From Deinococcales bacterium (GTDB taxonomy: Bacteria; Deinococcota; Deinococci; Deinococcales; JAAFIG01): a DNA stretch of 64,000 bases. The notes beneath the pieces are model-generated. The model searched no databases, had not been told where the DNA came from, and worked only from the letters and a program-made list of their open reading frames with translations. The DNA lies in NCBI GenBank assembly GCA_031414595.1, contig JANNVX010000031.1, positions 1 to 64,000 of the forward strand, written 5' to 3'. Made by a program: the position numbers and the translations under genes. Every line of letters starts with the position of its first letter. Positions within the stretch are counted from its first letter, which is position 1. Of the stretch, positions 28,869 through 38,630 are shown one piece after another.

Positions 28869-30709
28869 AATGCCTCCTTTGTTTTTTGCTGGCGCTCGAG
28901 CCAGCCGTGCGAATAACCCAATGGGTTTGAATGGGGTTCAAGAACAAGAAATTGTCCTCGTGTGGCTGCCGAAAGTTGCTCGAGATTGGCTTTGGGGGTG
29001 CGGTTCATAAAAAGCAGTCCGTTTTCTTCTTGGTAGGTATCGGTTAATTGGGTGTAACAAAAACCGCTTAGGGTTGCTCGGCAAGCATGAATGGCGCTTA
29101 GGAGGGCTTTGTACTGCTCTAAAAAACTTGTGGCATCGTTGGCACGGCTGTAGCCCCAACCCATGTTGTCTTGGGAGTAAGCAATACCGCCAAATTCGCT
29201 AATGATGACGGGTTGTTGGTTTCGCACAAAGCCTTCGATGGTCAATGCCCGCCCGCCGGGTTGGAAGGTCTCGAGACTCGAGGCTAAAGCCGTCTGATTG
29301 TGGTAGCGCTGCACCAAATGTTGTGGGTCGTGGTCGTAATCGTGAATGCCGATGATGTCGGACACCACGCATTCCCAGCCATCATTGCCAATCACTGGGC
29401 GGGTTGGGTCAAGGGTTTTGGTCAGGTGGTACAGCGTGCGTACCAAATCGCGTTGGGCAGCATTTTTGGCTAAATCTGGTACACCCCACGATTCGTTGAT
29501 TGGTAGCCAAGCGACAATACACGGATGCGAGCGGTCACGCTTGATGGCTTGTGTCCATTCGGAAACCAGCCGTTCAACACTCGAGTTACTAAAGCTGTAG
29601 GCGCTTGGCATTTCTTCCCAGACCATCAATCCCAGCACATCGCACCAGTACAACCAACGTGGATTCTCGAGCTTTTGGTGTTTGCGAGCGCCATTAAAAC
29701 CAAGTTGTTTGGTCAGTTCAACATCGGCTCGCAGTTGCGCGTCGGTGGCGGTCATGATGCCTTCCGACCAGTAGCCCTGGTCGAGTACCATTCGCAAAAA
29801 ATACGGACGACCATTGAGCCAAAACTGTTTGGCTCGAGCCTCGACGCTGCGTAATGCCGTATAAGAACGCACCGAATCAAGCACAACCCCAGTTGAGTCC
29901 AGTAATTCTAAAACAGCAAAAATCAGTTGAGGATGCTCTGGACTCCATAAAAAGAGGTCGCGGGCGTTGTCTATTCCGGGGTCTGGCAAGATTATTTCGC
30001 GTTTTAGCTCGAGACTCTTTAAGCCATAAGTATCGCTTATCAGTTCGCTGGTTTCAGTAAAAAGCCGTACCCGCAGCGCCAGACCTTGGCTCAATTTGCC
30101 ATCCAGCCCAACCTCGAGACCAATTGCCCAACCTTCAAAGTTTGGAGTCCAAACAATTTCAGCAAGTCGCAAAGCTGGCACAAGCTCGAGCCAGACTGGT
30201 TGCCAGATGCCTGTGGTGCGTGGATACCAGATACCATGTGCTTCGAGTAACCAATCTTGTTTGCCGCGTGGCTTACTCAGGTCGTGCGGGTCATCTTCGG
30301 CACGAACCACAATTTCGAGCGCCGTTAAATCACCAACGGCGGCGGTGATGTCCGCCGTGAACGAGGTGTGACCACCACAATGTTCAGTCACCAATTGCCG
30401 ATTGACCCAGACTTTTGCACTGTAATCCACTGCGCCAAAATGTAGCAGTAATCTCGAGCCATTTTGTGGGCGCTGCCCCTGCTCGAGGGTAAGGTTTAAC
30501 TTGTACCAAACAACCGCGTGAAAACCTTGGTCGCCAATCCCACTGGCGTGGCTCTCGGGTGCGAACGGCACAATAATTTGACGATCAAATGTCACCTCAG
30601 ATGGGTTTTGCCACGTTGCATCCGCATCAAAAGCAAATTCCCAAGTACCATTTAAGTCGTGCCAAGCGGCACGCTCGAGTTGTGGCTGAGGATGAGTTGA
30701 ATAGGTCAT
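28865..30709 (-). CDS. Glycoside hydrolase family 2
   Basis: [46 protein letters not shown] 30709 after AAGGA. Confidence 0.93.
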   Translation of the reverse strand: MTYSTHPQPQLERAAWHDLNGTWEFAFDADATWQNPSEVTFDRQIIVPFAPESHASGIGDQGFHAVVWYKLNLTLEQGQRPQNGSRLLLHFGAVDYSAKVWVNRQLVTEHCGGHTSFTADITAAVGDLTALEIVVRAEDDPHDLSKPRGKQDWLLEAHGIWYPRTTGIWQPVWLELVPALRLAEIVWTPNFEGWAIGLEVGLDGKLSQGLALRVRLFTETSELISDTYGLKSLELKREIILPDPGIDNARDLFLWSPEHPQLIFAVLELLDSTGVVLDSVRSYTALRSVEARAKQFWLNGRPYFLRMVLDQGYWSEGIMTATDAQLRADVELTKQLGFNGARKHQKLENPRWLYWCDVLGLMVWEEMPSAYSFSNSSVERLVSEWTQAIKRDRSHPCIVAWLPINESWGVPDLAKNAAQRDLVRTLYHLTKTLDPTRPVIGNDGWECVVSDIIGIHDYDHDPQHLVQRYHNQTALASSLETFQPGGRALTIEGFVRNQQPVIISEFGGIAYSQDNMGWGYSRANDATSFLEQYKALLSAIHACRATLSGFCYTQLTDTYQEENGLLFMNRTPKANLEQLSAATRGQFLVLEPHSNPLGYSHGWLERQQKTKEAL

Positions 30710-31016
30710 GGTGTCCTTTGCGACTGACAACAATTTGATTTTTTTAACTGTCTTAATACTAACAAGAAAAATTGTTATAAGTCAAGTTTTTTATAAAGTT
30801 AATCTGGTTATGTTGGTTAAATAACCATGCTTTAATTCAAATCAGCAGGCATACATCAATCTATTTACTCGAGAAAAACTCGTTTAAGACAATAAATTTA
30901 CTCAAGACAGCCAAATTTTTGATAGAACATTTAACCATCCCAAAACTCGAGACCCTATTTTGTTTGTAGCAAGTTTTTATGTTATAATTGCGACAATCAA
31001 ATTTTGGAGGGTAAAA

Positions 31017-31967
31017 ATGGTCATTGGTGGTTCAAAAGTCTTAATTGTGGATGGCGAATCGTCCTTGCCGGTACTCAAAGCCCTTGCCAGTGAAACCCGA
31101 ATGCTGATTTTGGGTTTGCTATCGCATAATGTGCTGAATGTCTCGGAATTGGCATCGGCGCTGGGCTTACCGCATTCAACCGTTAATTTTAACCTCAAGC
31201 AACTCGAGGAAGCTGGCTTGCTGCACGTTGAATACGAACCCGGCACACGCGGCTCGCAAAAACTCTGCTCAAAAAGATACGATGAAATTCAAATCAAAAT
31301 GCCCGGGGTGGCGGTGCAGTCTGACAACACCGAACGCATCGAAATGTCCATGCCGATTGGCAATTATCGTCATCTCGAGGCACTGCCAACTTGTGGTTTG
31401 GCTTCAGACACGAAAATCATTGGAATGCTCGATAACCCACGCAGTTTTTTTGAACTCGAGCATTTATTTGCCCAGATTCTTTGGTTTAGACAAGGCTTTG
31501 TCGAGTATGCTTTCCCCAATAATATTCCGTATGGCGCTAAAGCCACCGCCCTCGAGTTATCTATGGAAATCTGCTCCGAAGCGCCACAGTACGACCCCAC
31601 TTGGCTCTCGGACATCACCCTTTGGATCAACAATCAAGAAATTGGCACATGGACTTCACCCGGCGACCTTGGCGGGGTCAAAGCCCGTTTAACCCCCGAT
31701 TGGTGGCAACTAGACCAGTCTACGCATGGGTTTCTAAAACGCTGGCGCATCAGCCAAACGGGGGCGATGATTGACGGCGAAAGCCTGTCGGAGATTGGCA
31801 TGGAGGCTTTGGCACTTGAAGCCAATAACCATATTGCGGTGCGAATTGGGGTCAAACCCGATGCCAGACATATTGGCGGAATTAACCTATTTGGCAGGAA
31901 ATTTGGCAATTACCCACAAGATATTGTGATGCGACTCGAGTATGCCTTTATCCAAAATGGCAAGTAG
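31017..31967 (+). CDS. ArsR-family regulator with a long C-terminal domain (sugar-locus type)
   Basis: KALASETR wHTH, PTCGLAS, EICSEAP, WTSPGDLG, LFGRKFGNY; divergent from the GH2 gene. Confidence 0.88.
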   Translation: MVIGGSKVLIVDGESSLPVLKALASETRMLILGLLSHNVLNVSELASALGLPHSTVNFNLKQLEEAGLLHVEYEPGTRGSQKLCSKRYDEIQIKMPGVAVQSDNTERIEMSMPIGNYRHLEALPTCGLASDTKIIGMLDNPRSFFELEHLFAQILWFRQGFVEYAFPNNIPYGAKATALELSMEICSEAPQYDPTWLSDITLWINNQEIGTWTSPGDLGGVKARLTPDWWQLDQSTHGFLKRWRISQTGAMIDGESLSEIGMEALALEANNHIAVRIGVKPDARHIGGINLFGRKFGNYPQDIVMRLEYAFIQNGK

Positions 31968-32067
31968 CTCTTGTGTTTAGGCTGACAGCACGGGTGTAGA
32001 TTGTGCAGCAAATTCTGTAGAAGTCTGGTTTAGGTTTTTATTCTTCCACCTTATCAGCACCCACGGC

Positions 32068-32241
32068 ATGACCGCCATGATTTTTTTGATGCGCTTACTA
32101 CCCTGGATTCACGGGGAATACGAGAACACAAATTGGCTTCATAACTGCGGTTTTGTGCGGTTTAGACTCGAGGGCAACTGCTACCAAATCAGCTTAGATT
32201 GCCGCCAAGGACAGTGCTGGCTGGCTCAAGCCAAAAAATAA
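32068..32241 (+). CDS. Possible 57-aa small protein
   Basis: Open frame MTAMIFLMRLLPWIHGEYENTNWLHNCGFVRFRLEGNCYQISLDCRQGQCWLAQAKK fills the gap; no family recognised. Confidence 0.35.
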   Translation: MTAMIFLMRLLPWIHGEYENTNWLHNCGFVRFRLEGNCYQISLDCRQGQCWLAQAKK

Positions 32242-32266
32242 ATCTTGTTTCAGGTAGACTATAACC

Positions 32267-33154
32267 ATGCAGACCACGATTCAATCAACCCTTGAAGCCC
32301 TCGAGATACACGGGTATATTGCCGAGCGTTCACTTGGCACGGCGGTGTTTTTGGCGCAACAACTGGGTAGACCGCTTTTTCTCGAGGGTGAACCGGGTGT
32401 GGGAAAAACCGAAATTGTCAAAGTGTTGGCAAAAATTTTAGATACCAAACTGATTCGTTTGCAGTGTTACGAAGGGCTTGATATTTCTAGTGCTGTCTAC
32501 GAATGGGATTATGCACGGCAGATGCTCGAGATTAGGCTACTTGAAGCGACTGGCGAACGCGATGGTAGCCGTGTACGCCGTGAGGTGTTCTCAGAAGATT
32601 TCTTGGTCAAACGTCCGCTTTTACAAGCCCTAGAACTCGAGAATAATCAAGCCCCTGTGCTTTTAATAGACGAATTAGACCGTGCCGATGAGGAATTTGA
32701 AGCCTACCTGCTCGAGTTTTTAGCCGAATGGCAAATTACCATCCCAGAAATTGGCACAATCAAAGCCATAAAGCCACCCGTGGTGATTATCACCAGCAAC
32801 CGCACCCGAGAAATTCATGATGCCTTAAAACGCCGTTGTTTATACCACTGGATTGATTATCCAGATTTTTCTAAGGAATTACGAATTTTGCAACAAAAAG
32901 TGCCGCATATCCCAGAATTACTCGCCAAGCAAATTGTGGCGTTTGTCCAAGGACTGCGTGAACTGGATTTATACAAAGCCCCCGGGGTTGCCGAAACCCT
33001 CGATTGGGCAGCCAGTTTAATGGCACTGAACATCACCAATCTCGAGGCAGGGGAAATTGAAGATTCATTTGGGGCGCTCTTAAAATACCAAGATGATTTA
33101 CTCAAAGCCCGAGCGCAAGCCCAAGATGTTTTGGCAAAAGCGCAGATGTCATAA
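32267..33154 (+). CDS. MoxR/CoxD-like AAA+ ATPase
   Basis: GEPGVGKT, RLQCYEG, LLIDELDRADEEFEA, HDALKRRC. Confidence 0.93.
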   Translation: MQTTIQSTLEALEIHGYIAERSLGTAVFLAQQLGRPLFLEGEPGVGKTEIVKVLAKILDTKLIRLQCYEGLDISSAVYEWDYARQMLEIRLLEATGERDGSRVRREVFSEDFLVKRPLLQALELENNQAPVLLIDELDRADEEFEAYLLEFLAEWQITIPEIGTIKAIKPPVVIITSNRTREIHDALKRRCLYHWIDYPDFSKELRILQQKVPHIPELLAKQIVAFVQGLRELDLYKAPGVAETLDWAASLMALNITNLEAGEIEDSFGALLKYQDDLLKARAQAQDVLAKAQMS

Positions 33155-33162
33155 AGGAAAAT

Positions 33163-33462
33163 ATGAGACCAAAAATTGTTTTTGTGGATGTTGATGATAC
33201 TTTGGTTCGTTCAGTTGGCACAAAACGAATTCCAATGCCGGCTGTTATTGCTGGGATTAAAAAATTAAAATTAGAAGGTGCATTGTTGTACTTATGGAGT
33301 TCTGGAGGTGCATTGTACTGTCGAGAAACGGCTGTAGAACTTGGAATTGAAGGACTTTTTGAAGCCTACTTACCTAAACCAACTCTTTATGTAGATGATC
33401 AAGCCGTACCTAGTTGGCGGTTTTGTCGTCATGTTTACCCACTACAAATTGAGGATGCTTAG
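33163..33462 (+). CDS. Small HAD-like protein
   Basis: FVDVDDTL, LWSSGG, PKP, YVDD. Confidence 0.8.
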   Translation: MRPKIVFVDVDDTLVRSVGTKRIPMPAVIAGIKKLKLEGALLYLWSSGGALYCRETAVELGIEGLFEAYLPKPTLYVDDQAVPSWRFCRHVYPLQIEDA

Positions 33463-33463
33463 A

Positions 33464-34054
33464 ATGCTGCAAATTGGTTTAACAGGTTCTATCGGCAGTG
33501 GCAAAAGCACGGTGGCGAAACTCTTGCTGAAGCGTGGGATTCCCGTGCTGGATGCTGATGCAATTGCCAAAGAGGTCTCGAGTTCAAACGAAGTGCTGCT
33601 CGAGGTAGCAAAGACTTTTGGGGCAGAATATGTGCAAGAAAACAGCTTAAACCGTCCAAAATTAGCCGAACTGATTTTTAATAATCCCCAAGCCCGTTTG
33701 ACCTTAAACGCGATTATTCATCCTCGGGTTAGAACCGAAATGACTAGGCGCACAACTGAACTCGAGGGCGCAGAAATGGTGGTGCAGGATATTCCACTTC
33801 TTTTTGAAAATGGTCTCGAGAAACTCTTTGATGCGGTCATTCTGGTGGATGCACCTTTGGAGACGCGAATTGCTCGGGTGATGGCACGTGACGGCAGCAC
33901 TTACCAACAAGTCTTGGCACGAGATGCGGCACAAATGCCAGCCCTTGAGAAACGCAAACGCACACTGTATATTCTCGAGAATGTGGGTGATTCGGTCAAT
34001 CTCGAGGGGCAGTTAAATTCTATTCTTGAGCGATTAAACCCTAAGAATTCCTAG
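33464..34054 (+). CDS. coaE: Dephospho-CoA kinase
   Basis: IGLTGSIGSGKST, DADAIA, IIHP, DIPLLFE. Confidence 0.96.
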   Translation: MLQIGLTGSIGSGKSTVAKLLLKRGIPVLDADAIAKEVSSSNEVLLEVAKTFGAEYVQENSLNRPKLAELIFNNPQARLTLNAIIHPRVRTEMTRRTTELEGAEMVVQDIPLLFENGLEKLFDAVILVDAPLETRIARVMARDGSTYQQVLARDAAQMPALEKRKRTLYILENVGDSVNLEGQLNSILERLNPKNS

Positions 34055-34071
34055 GGTTTAATCGCTAATTT

Positions 34072-35340
34072 TTATCGTTCATCAAAAACAATTTGCCCGC
34101 GCACAATCGTACAAACCGCCCAACCGCGCAGGGCTTCGGCTTGCCACGGACTATCAAAACGGGCTTTGGTCTTAAAGGTTTTGCTATTCACCGCTTTGGT
34201 GCTGTTCAAATCAAAAACTGCAATGTCCGCCACGCTGCCAACCTCGAGACTGGGGGCTTGCCAAGCCAAAACCTTCGTCACCCCAACGGTCATTAACTCG
34301 AGTAAACGGGTTAATTCGAGCTTACCTGTTTCGACAAACCGAGTGTACAGAAGCGGAAAAGTGATTTCGATGTTGGCAATCCCAAACGGAGCAGTCAGCA
34401 TATCGTGTTGTTTTTCTGCCATCGTGTGCGGTGCATGGTCTGTGCCAAGGCAATCCACCGTGCCATCGCGTAAACCCTCGAGCAGAGCAAGGCAGTCAGA
34501 TTCAGCCCGAAGCGGTGGGGCAACTTTTAGGACTGGATCGCAGTAAAAACGCTCAGACTCGAGCAGGGTATCCGTCAGGGTCAGGTGGTGCGGCGCAACT
34601 TCACATGTCACCTTCAGACCACGTGCTTTGGCTTCTCGCACCAGCGCCAAACCCCGAGCGCTAGACAGGTGCTGAATGTGCAGTCTTGCGCCAGTCAAAG
34701 CACAAATCTCTAAGTCTCGAGCAATCCGCGCTGCTTCGGCTGCCACAGGATTACCTGGTAAGCCCAAACGTTCCGAGGTACGCCCTTCATTCATTACCCC
34801 ATCGCCACGCAAACTGGCATCCTCGGCATGAACACTAATCACCAAGCCCTGTGCATGGGCATACTCGAGACCACGCCGCAACACCCCCGCATCTTCGTTT
34901 GTGCCACCATCGTCGGTCAGCATCACCGCCCCGGCTTTTTTAAGGGCAATCGCATCGGTTAAATGCTGCCCTAAGCGCCCTTTGGTCAATGCCGCACTGG
35001 GAAACAACCGCGCCAAACCCAAGCCTTCGGCATCCCGAATCAGTTTCTGTACCAATTCTGGTTCGTCCACGGCTGGACTGGTATTGGGCATACAGACGAT
35101 ACTGCCAAAACCACCCGCCACGGCTGCACTTAACCCAGACTCGAGGCTTTCTTTTTCCTCTTGCCCCGGCACACGCAAATGCACATGTGGGTCTATTAAA
35201 GCGGGTGTGACTATGTACCTCGAGCCATCAATGCTGACATCGGCAAGACCAGATAAACTCGAGACAATTAAACCATTTTCGACCAGAATATCTCGAGAAG
35301 AACCGTCTGCCAAACGCGCCTTGTTAATTTCAATTTTCAT
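34072..35340 (-). CDS. pyrC: Dihydroorotase (multifunctional-complex type)
   Basis: DPHVHLRVPG, MPNT, HAED, TDHAPH; after pyrB. Confidence 0.95.
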   Translation of the reverse strand: MKIEINKARLADGSSRDILVENGLIVSSLSGLADVSIDGSRYIVTPALIDPHVHLRVPGQEEKESLESGLSAAVAGGFGSIVCMPNTSPAVDEPELVQKLIRDAEGLGLARLFPSAALTKGRLGQHLTDAIALKKAGAVMLTDDGGTNEDAGVLRRGLEYAHAQGLVISVHAEDASLRGDGVMNEGRTSERLGLPGNPVAAEAARIARDLEICALTGARLHIQHLSSARGLALVREAKARGLKVTCEVAPHHLTLTDTLLESERFYCDPVLKVAPPLRAESDCLALLEGLRDGTVDCLGTDHAPHTMAEKQHDMLTAPFGIANIEITFPLLYTRFVETGKLELTRLLELMTVGVTKVLAWQAPSLEVGSVADIAVFDLNSTKAVNSKTFKTKARFDSPWQAEALRGWAVCTIVRGQIVFDER

Positions 35341-35343
35341 GAT

Positions 35344-35413
35344 TAGCTCCTAGCTCCTAGCTCCTAGCTCCTAGCTCTTTTAAGCTAAAAACTAGAAGCT
35401 AGAGGCTAGTAGC
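35344..35413. repeat. TAGCTCC heptamer hairpin (second family)
   Basis: tagctcc x4-5, then the inverse run tagaagc/tagaggc/tagtagc. Confidence 0.88.
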
Positions 35414-35418
35414 TGTTT

Positions 35419-36330
35419 TCAACCCTTACCCACCAGCAAATGATACAAAACCGCCATTCGCACTGGCACACCATTTTTGACCTGCTCGAGAATCAGACTT
35501 TGGCTCGAGTCCGCCAGTTCTCCTTCGATTTCAAGGTCGCGGTTCATTGGACCCGGGTGCATCACCACCGCATTTTCCCGAGCTAAACGCATGGTTTTGC
35601 TGTTCACTTGATAACTGCTGCGGTATTCTTCTAAACTTGGAATATAGCCAGATTTCATCCGTTCAAGCTGTAAGCGCAAAGCCATGACCGCCGAAGCACC
35701 AGAAACCGCTTCCTCGAGATTGGTGGTCAGGGTTACACCGGGTGCCTCGAGTTCACGCGGCAGCAGTGTCGCAGGGGCGCACAAGCGCACCTTTGCCCCA
35801 AGTTTAGGCAGAAGTTCGGCGTTGCTTCGCGCCACCCTCGAGTGACGCACATCGCCAATAATTGCCACTTCTAAGCCCTCGAGACTGCCAAAACGTTGCC
35901 ATAAGGTATAGGCATCAAGCAGCGCTTGGGTTGGATGCGCCCGACGACCATCGCCAGCGTTAATCACTTTGGCTTTGCTAAATTTATTGACACTGTGCGC
36001 CGCGCCACTGGCTTCATGGCGCACAATAAAACAATCTATTTTCATCTGTTCTAAAGTCGCAATCGTATCTTGTAAACTTTCGCCTTTGGCGGTACTCGAG
36101 GTGGCACTGGTAAAAGTCAGCACATCGGCACTCATCCGCCGCGCCGCCAATTCAAAACTTAAACGAGTCCGCGTGCTGTTCTCAAAAAATACATTACAGA
36201 CTGTAAAACCCTGCAAAGCTGGAACTTTTTTGACCGGACGCTCAAGCACATCCGCCATGACCTTGGTGGTCTCGAGAATATTTTCTAAACTTCCCTTCGA
36301 CCACGCCTGAAAATCAAGCAGGTGCTTCAC
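35419..36330 (-). CDS. pyrB: Aspartate carbamoyltransferase catalytic subunit
   Basis: [31 protein letters not shown]. Confidence 0.98.
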   Translation of the reverse strand: MKHLLDFQAWSKGSLENILETTKVMADVLERPVKKVPALQGFTVCNVFFENSTRTRLSFELAARRMSADVLTFTSATSSTAKGESLQDTIATLEQMKIDCFIVRHEASGAAHSVNKFSKAKVINAGDGRRAHPTQALLDAYTLWQRFGSLEGLEVAIIGDVRHSRVARSNAELLPKLGAKVRLCAPATLLPRELEAPGVTLTTNLEEAVSGASAVMALRLQLERMKSGYIPSLEEYRSSYQVNSKTMRLARENAVVMHPGPMNRDLEIEGELADSSQSLILEQVKNGVPVRMAVLYHLLVGKG

Positions 36331-36890
36331 CCTTTGACCTCGCCGCGTAATTCGTAGAGTTCGACTGCATCTTCGTTATCGGTTTCTAAAAGTTTGACCT
36401 TAACAATTTCTTGGCGGCTGGTGGGGATATTCTTACCGACATAATCGGCACGAATAGGCAGTTCACGGTGTCCTCGGTCTATCAGTACCGCCAACTGAAT
36501 ACTCGAGGGGCGACCAAGGTCAATCAGGGCATCGAGTCCCGCTCGAGCGGTGCGACCCGTATAAAAAACATCATCCACCATCACAATTCTTCGGCTCGAG
36601 ATGTCAAAAGGCACTTCGGTCTGACGCACAATCGGTTGTAAACCAACTTCGGACAAATCATCGCGGTACAAGGTAATGTCGAGCTTGCCATTTGGCACTT
36701 CTACACCCTCGAGTTCGACAATTTTTTTGGCAATGCGAGCGGCAAGCGGAATACCGCGAGTATGCACCCCAACAATCGCTAAATTCTGAGCGCCTTTATT
36801 GCGCTCGATAATCTCATGGGCAATGCGGGTAATTGCCCTACGAATATCGTCTGGCTCGAGTAACCGAGCTTTGAACTCAGCGTTTTTCAT
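36327..36890 (-). CDS. pyrR: Pyrimidine regulator / UPRTase PyrR
   Basis: [47 protein letters not shown]. Confidence 0.98.
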   Translation of the reverse strand: MKNAEFKARLLEPDDIRRAITRIAHEIIERNKGAQNLAIVGVHTRGIPLAARIAKKIVELEGVEVPNGKLDITLYRDDLSEVGLQPIVRQTEVPFDISSRRIVMVDDVFYTGRTARAGLDALIDLGRPSSIQLAVLIDRGHRELPIRADYVGKNIPTSRQEIVKVKLLETDNEDAVELYELRGEVKG

Positions 36891-36993
36891 GGTCTCTCCT
36901 ATAAAAGAAAGCGACCCAGCCCGTCAGGTGCATCTTTAGGGTCAAGAAAAACGCCGCGCTTATTCCAAGCGTGGCTGCCAAAAAAGTATTCAT
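36877..36993 (-). CDS. Putative pyr leader peptide (38 aa) overlapping the pyrR start
   Basis: Strong AAGGAGG RBS, then [16 protein letters not shown]...HEKR; contains terminator-like hairpins. Confidence 0.55.
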   Translation of the reverse strand: MNTFLAATLGISAAFFLTLKMHLTGWVAFFYRRDHEKR

Positions 36994-37006
36994 TCTTTCC
37001 TCCTTT

Positions 37007-37046
37007 TGTGCCTCTCGGGACACAACCTTCCGTCTCTCGGGACAGA
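37007..37046 (-). promoter_or_regulatory. Tandem PyrR-binding RNA hairpins
   Basis: UGUCCCGAGAGACGG and UGUCCCGAGAGGCAC, resembling the GUCCNGNGAGGY PyrR loop consensus. Confidence 0.75.
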
Positions 37047-37244
37047 TTTTAAGGTCTGAAAGAATGTACAACGTTACTCGAGAATTGGCAAGTGCAATCT
37101 TTACTCGAGCTGATGCACCGTGCCTAAAAGTAACTCGGATTCTCGAGGTTTAAGCAGACAACTCGAGGTCAGGACGGCTCTGTATTGGCTGATAAAAATA
37201 GATTCACGCTTGTACAAAAGCGAATCTTAAACTACACTAAAAAC

Positions 37245-37427
37245 ATGAACATCAAAGAAACAGCCCATCAATTGGTTGAAAACCTTCCCGATGACGGGAC
37301 TTGGGAAGATTTAATGTACCAGATTTACGTCAGAGAAGTGATTGAACAAGGACTCGAGGATAGTCGGAATAATCGTATTCATTCGAGTGCTGCCATTCGA
37401 GAACATTTTGGTATTACCAGACCATGA
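37245..37427 (+). CDS. Antitoxin paired with a ParE/RelE toxin
   Basis: KETAHQLVENLPDDGTWEDLMYQIYVREVIEQGLED; leaderless (TACACT); ATGA overlap with the toxin. Confidence 0.85.
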   Translation: MNIKETAHQLVENLPDDGTWEDLMYQIYVREVIEQGLEDSRNNRIHSSAAIREHFGITRP

Positions 37428-37705
37428 CCGTTGAATGGACAGATGTTGCAAAACAGCATTTGCAACGAATTTATGACCACATTGAACCTCAAAGTGAGCT
37501 TTACGCACGGCGTATGATTGATAAATTGGTATTACGTGCCGACGGATTAGGCGATTTTCCTGAAATGGGACGTGAAGTCCCAGAGTATGAAGACCCAAGT
37601 GTTCGTGAATTACTGGTTTCCCCATACCGAATTATTTATGTTGTGCGTAAAAGCAGAATTGACATTATTGGTGTGATTCATACAGCCCGAAACCGCCCAA
37701 TTTGA
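37424..37705 (+). CDS. ParE/RelE-family toxin
   Basis: VEWTDVAKQHL, FPEMGREVPE, RELL, YRIIY, VIHTAR. Confidence 0.92.
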   Translation: MTVEWTDVAKQHLQRIYDHIEPQSELYARRMIDKLVLRADGLGDFPEMGREVPEYEDPSVRELLVSPYRIIYVVRKSRIDIIGVIHTARNRPI

Positions 37706-37841
37706 ATAACCCGCACTCGAGGCTATGCGCCTTGGCTTGTGCTTAGGTTGCGCTAAAAATAAAAATCCCAACTCGAGCAAATGGAGTTTTTATGTAGAAG
37801 GAACACACCACCGACTTTTACTTGTTTGGTAGGCTCTTACC

Positions 37842-38630
37842 ATGCCTTGGATTTCCTTTGATTTAGACGGAACACTCTTAGATTCACCAATGGGTAAAAC
37901 GGTTTTTAAGCGCTTAAGAAACGAATTTTCCACGCCACATCTCGCCGAAGCATTCCGACTCGAGTACCGCAAACGTTTTGCCTCGGATAATCCTGTCACG
38001 GCTTTTGACTGGGATGACATTCATGACCAAATTTGTGACGAATTGGCTACACCGCGCTTACCTCGGGTTCTTGAAGTGGCAGCTGAGGCACACTGGGATG
38101 AATCTTTGTTGTACCCAGATACCCAACGCGCCCTCGAGAAACTCGATGCCAAGGGTTGGTTACTGACCCTTGGTACAAATGGTTTTGCCAAATACCAGAA
38201 TTTTGTTCTCGAGCAGTACGGCTTGGTGTTTGGGGCGACGCTTGCGCCAGATACGACTGGTTTTGTTAAACCGCAAGCTGGTTTTTTAGATGCCCTAAAG
38301 ACTTTAACCGACGATCAAAATGCACTCGAGGGACTGGTGCATGTCGGCGATTTACTGACCCATGATATTGCCTGCGCCAATAACGCTGGGGTACGTGGTG
38401 CGTGGGTTTGGCGTTTTATGCCCCCAGAATTGCAAGCCATTCCAATTTTTGAACGTCTGCATCATCCAAGTTTTTTGACTGCCATCCACCAAGAGTGGCT
38501 TAATGAACTCGAGCAGCATGGGGCATTCTCGGTTTTAGAAACCCAGCCCAAACCCGATTTTATTGTGGCGGATTTACTGGAATTGGTGGTAGCGCTGGAA
38601 ATTCCAGAACCCGTTCGAGTGGAAGCGTAA
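37842..38630 (+). CDS. HAD-family hydrolase
   Basis: FDLDGTL, TNG, KP, HVGD...HD. Confidence 0.88.
   Translation: MPWISFDLDGTLLDSPMGKTVFKRLRNEFSTPHLAEAFRLEYRKRFASDNPVTAFDWDDIHDQICDELATPRLPRVLEVAAEAHWDESLLYPDTQRALEKLDAKGWLLTLGTNGFAKYQNFVLEQYGLVFGATLAPDTTGFVKPQAGFLDALKTLTDDQNALEGLVHVGDLLTHDIACANNAGVRGAWVWRFMPPELQAIPIFERLHHPSFLTAIHQEWLNELEQHGAFSVLETQPKPDFIVADLLELVVALEIPEPVRVEA

Noticed and set aside
32267-33154. MoxR ATPase as part of a defence or CO-dehydrogenase system
   Set aside because: No vWA/CoxE partner or cox structural genes are adjacent; the context is housekeeping.
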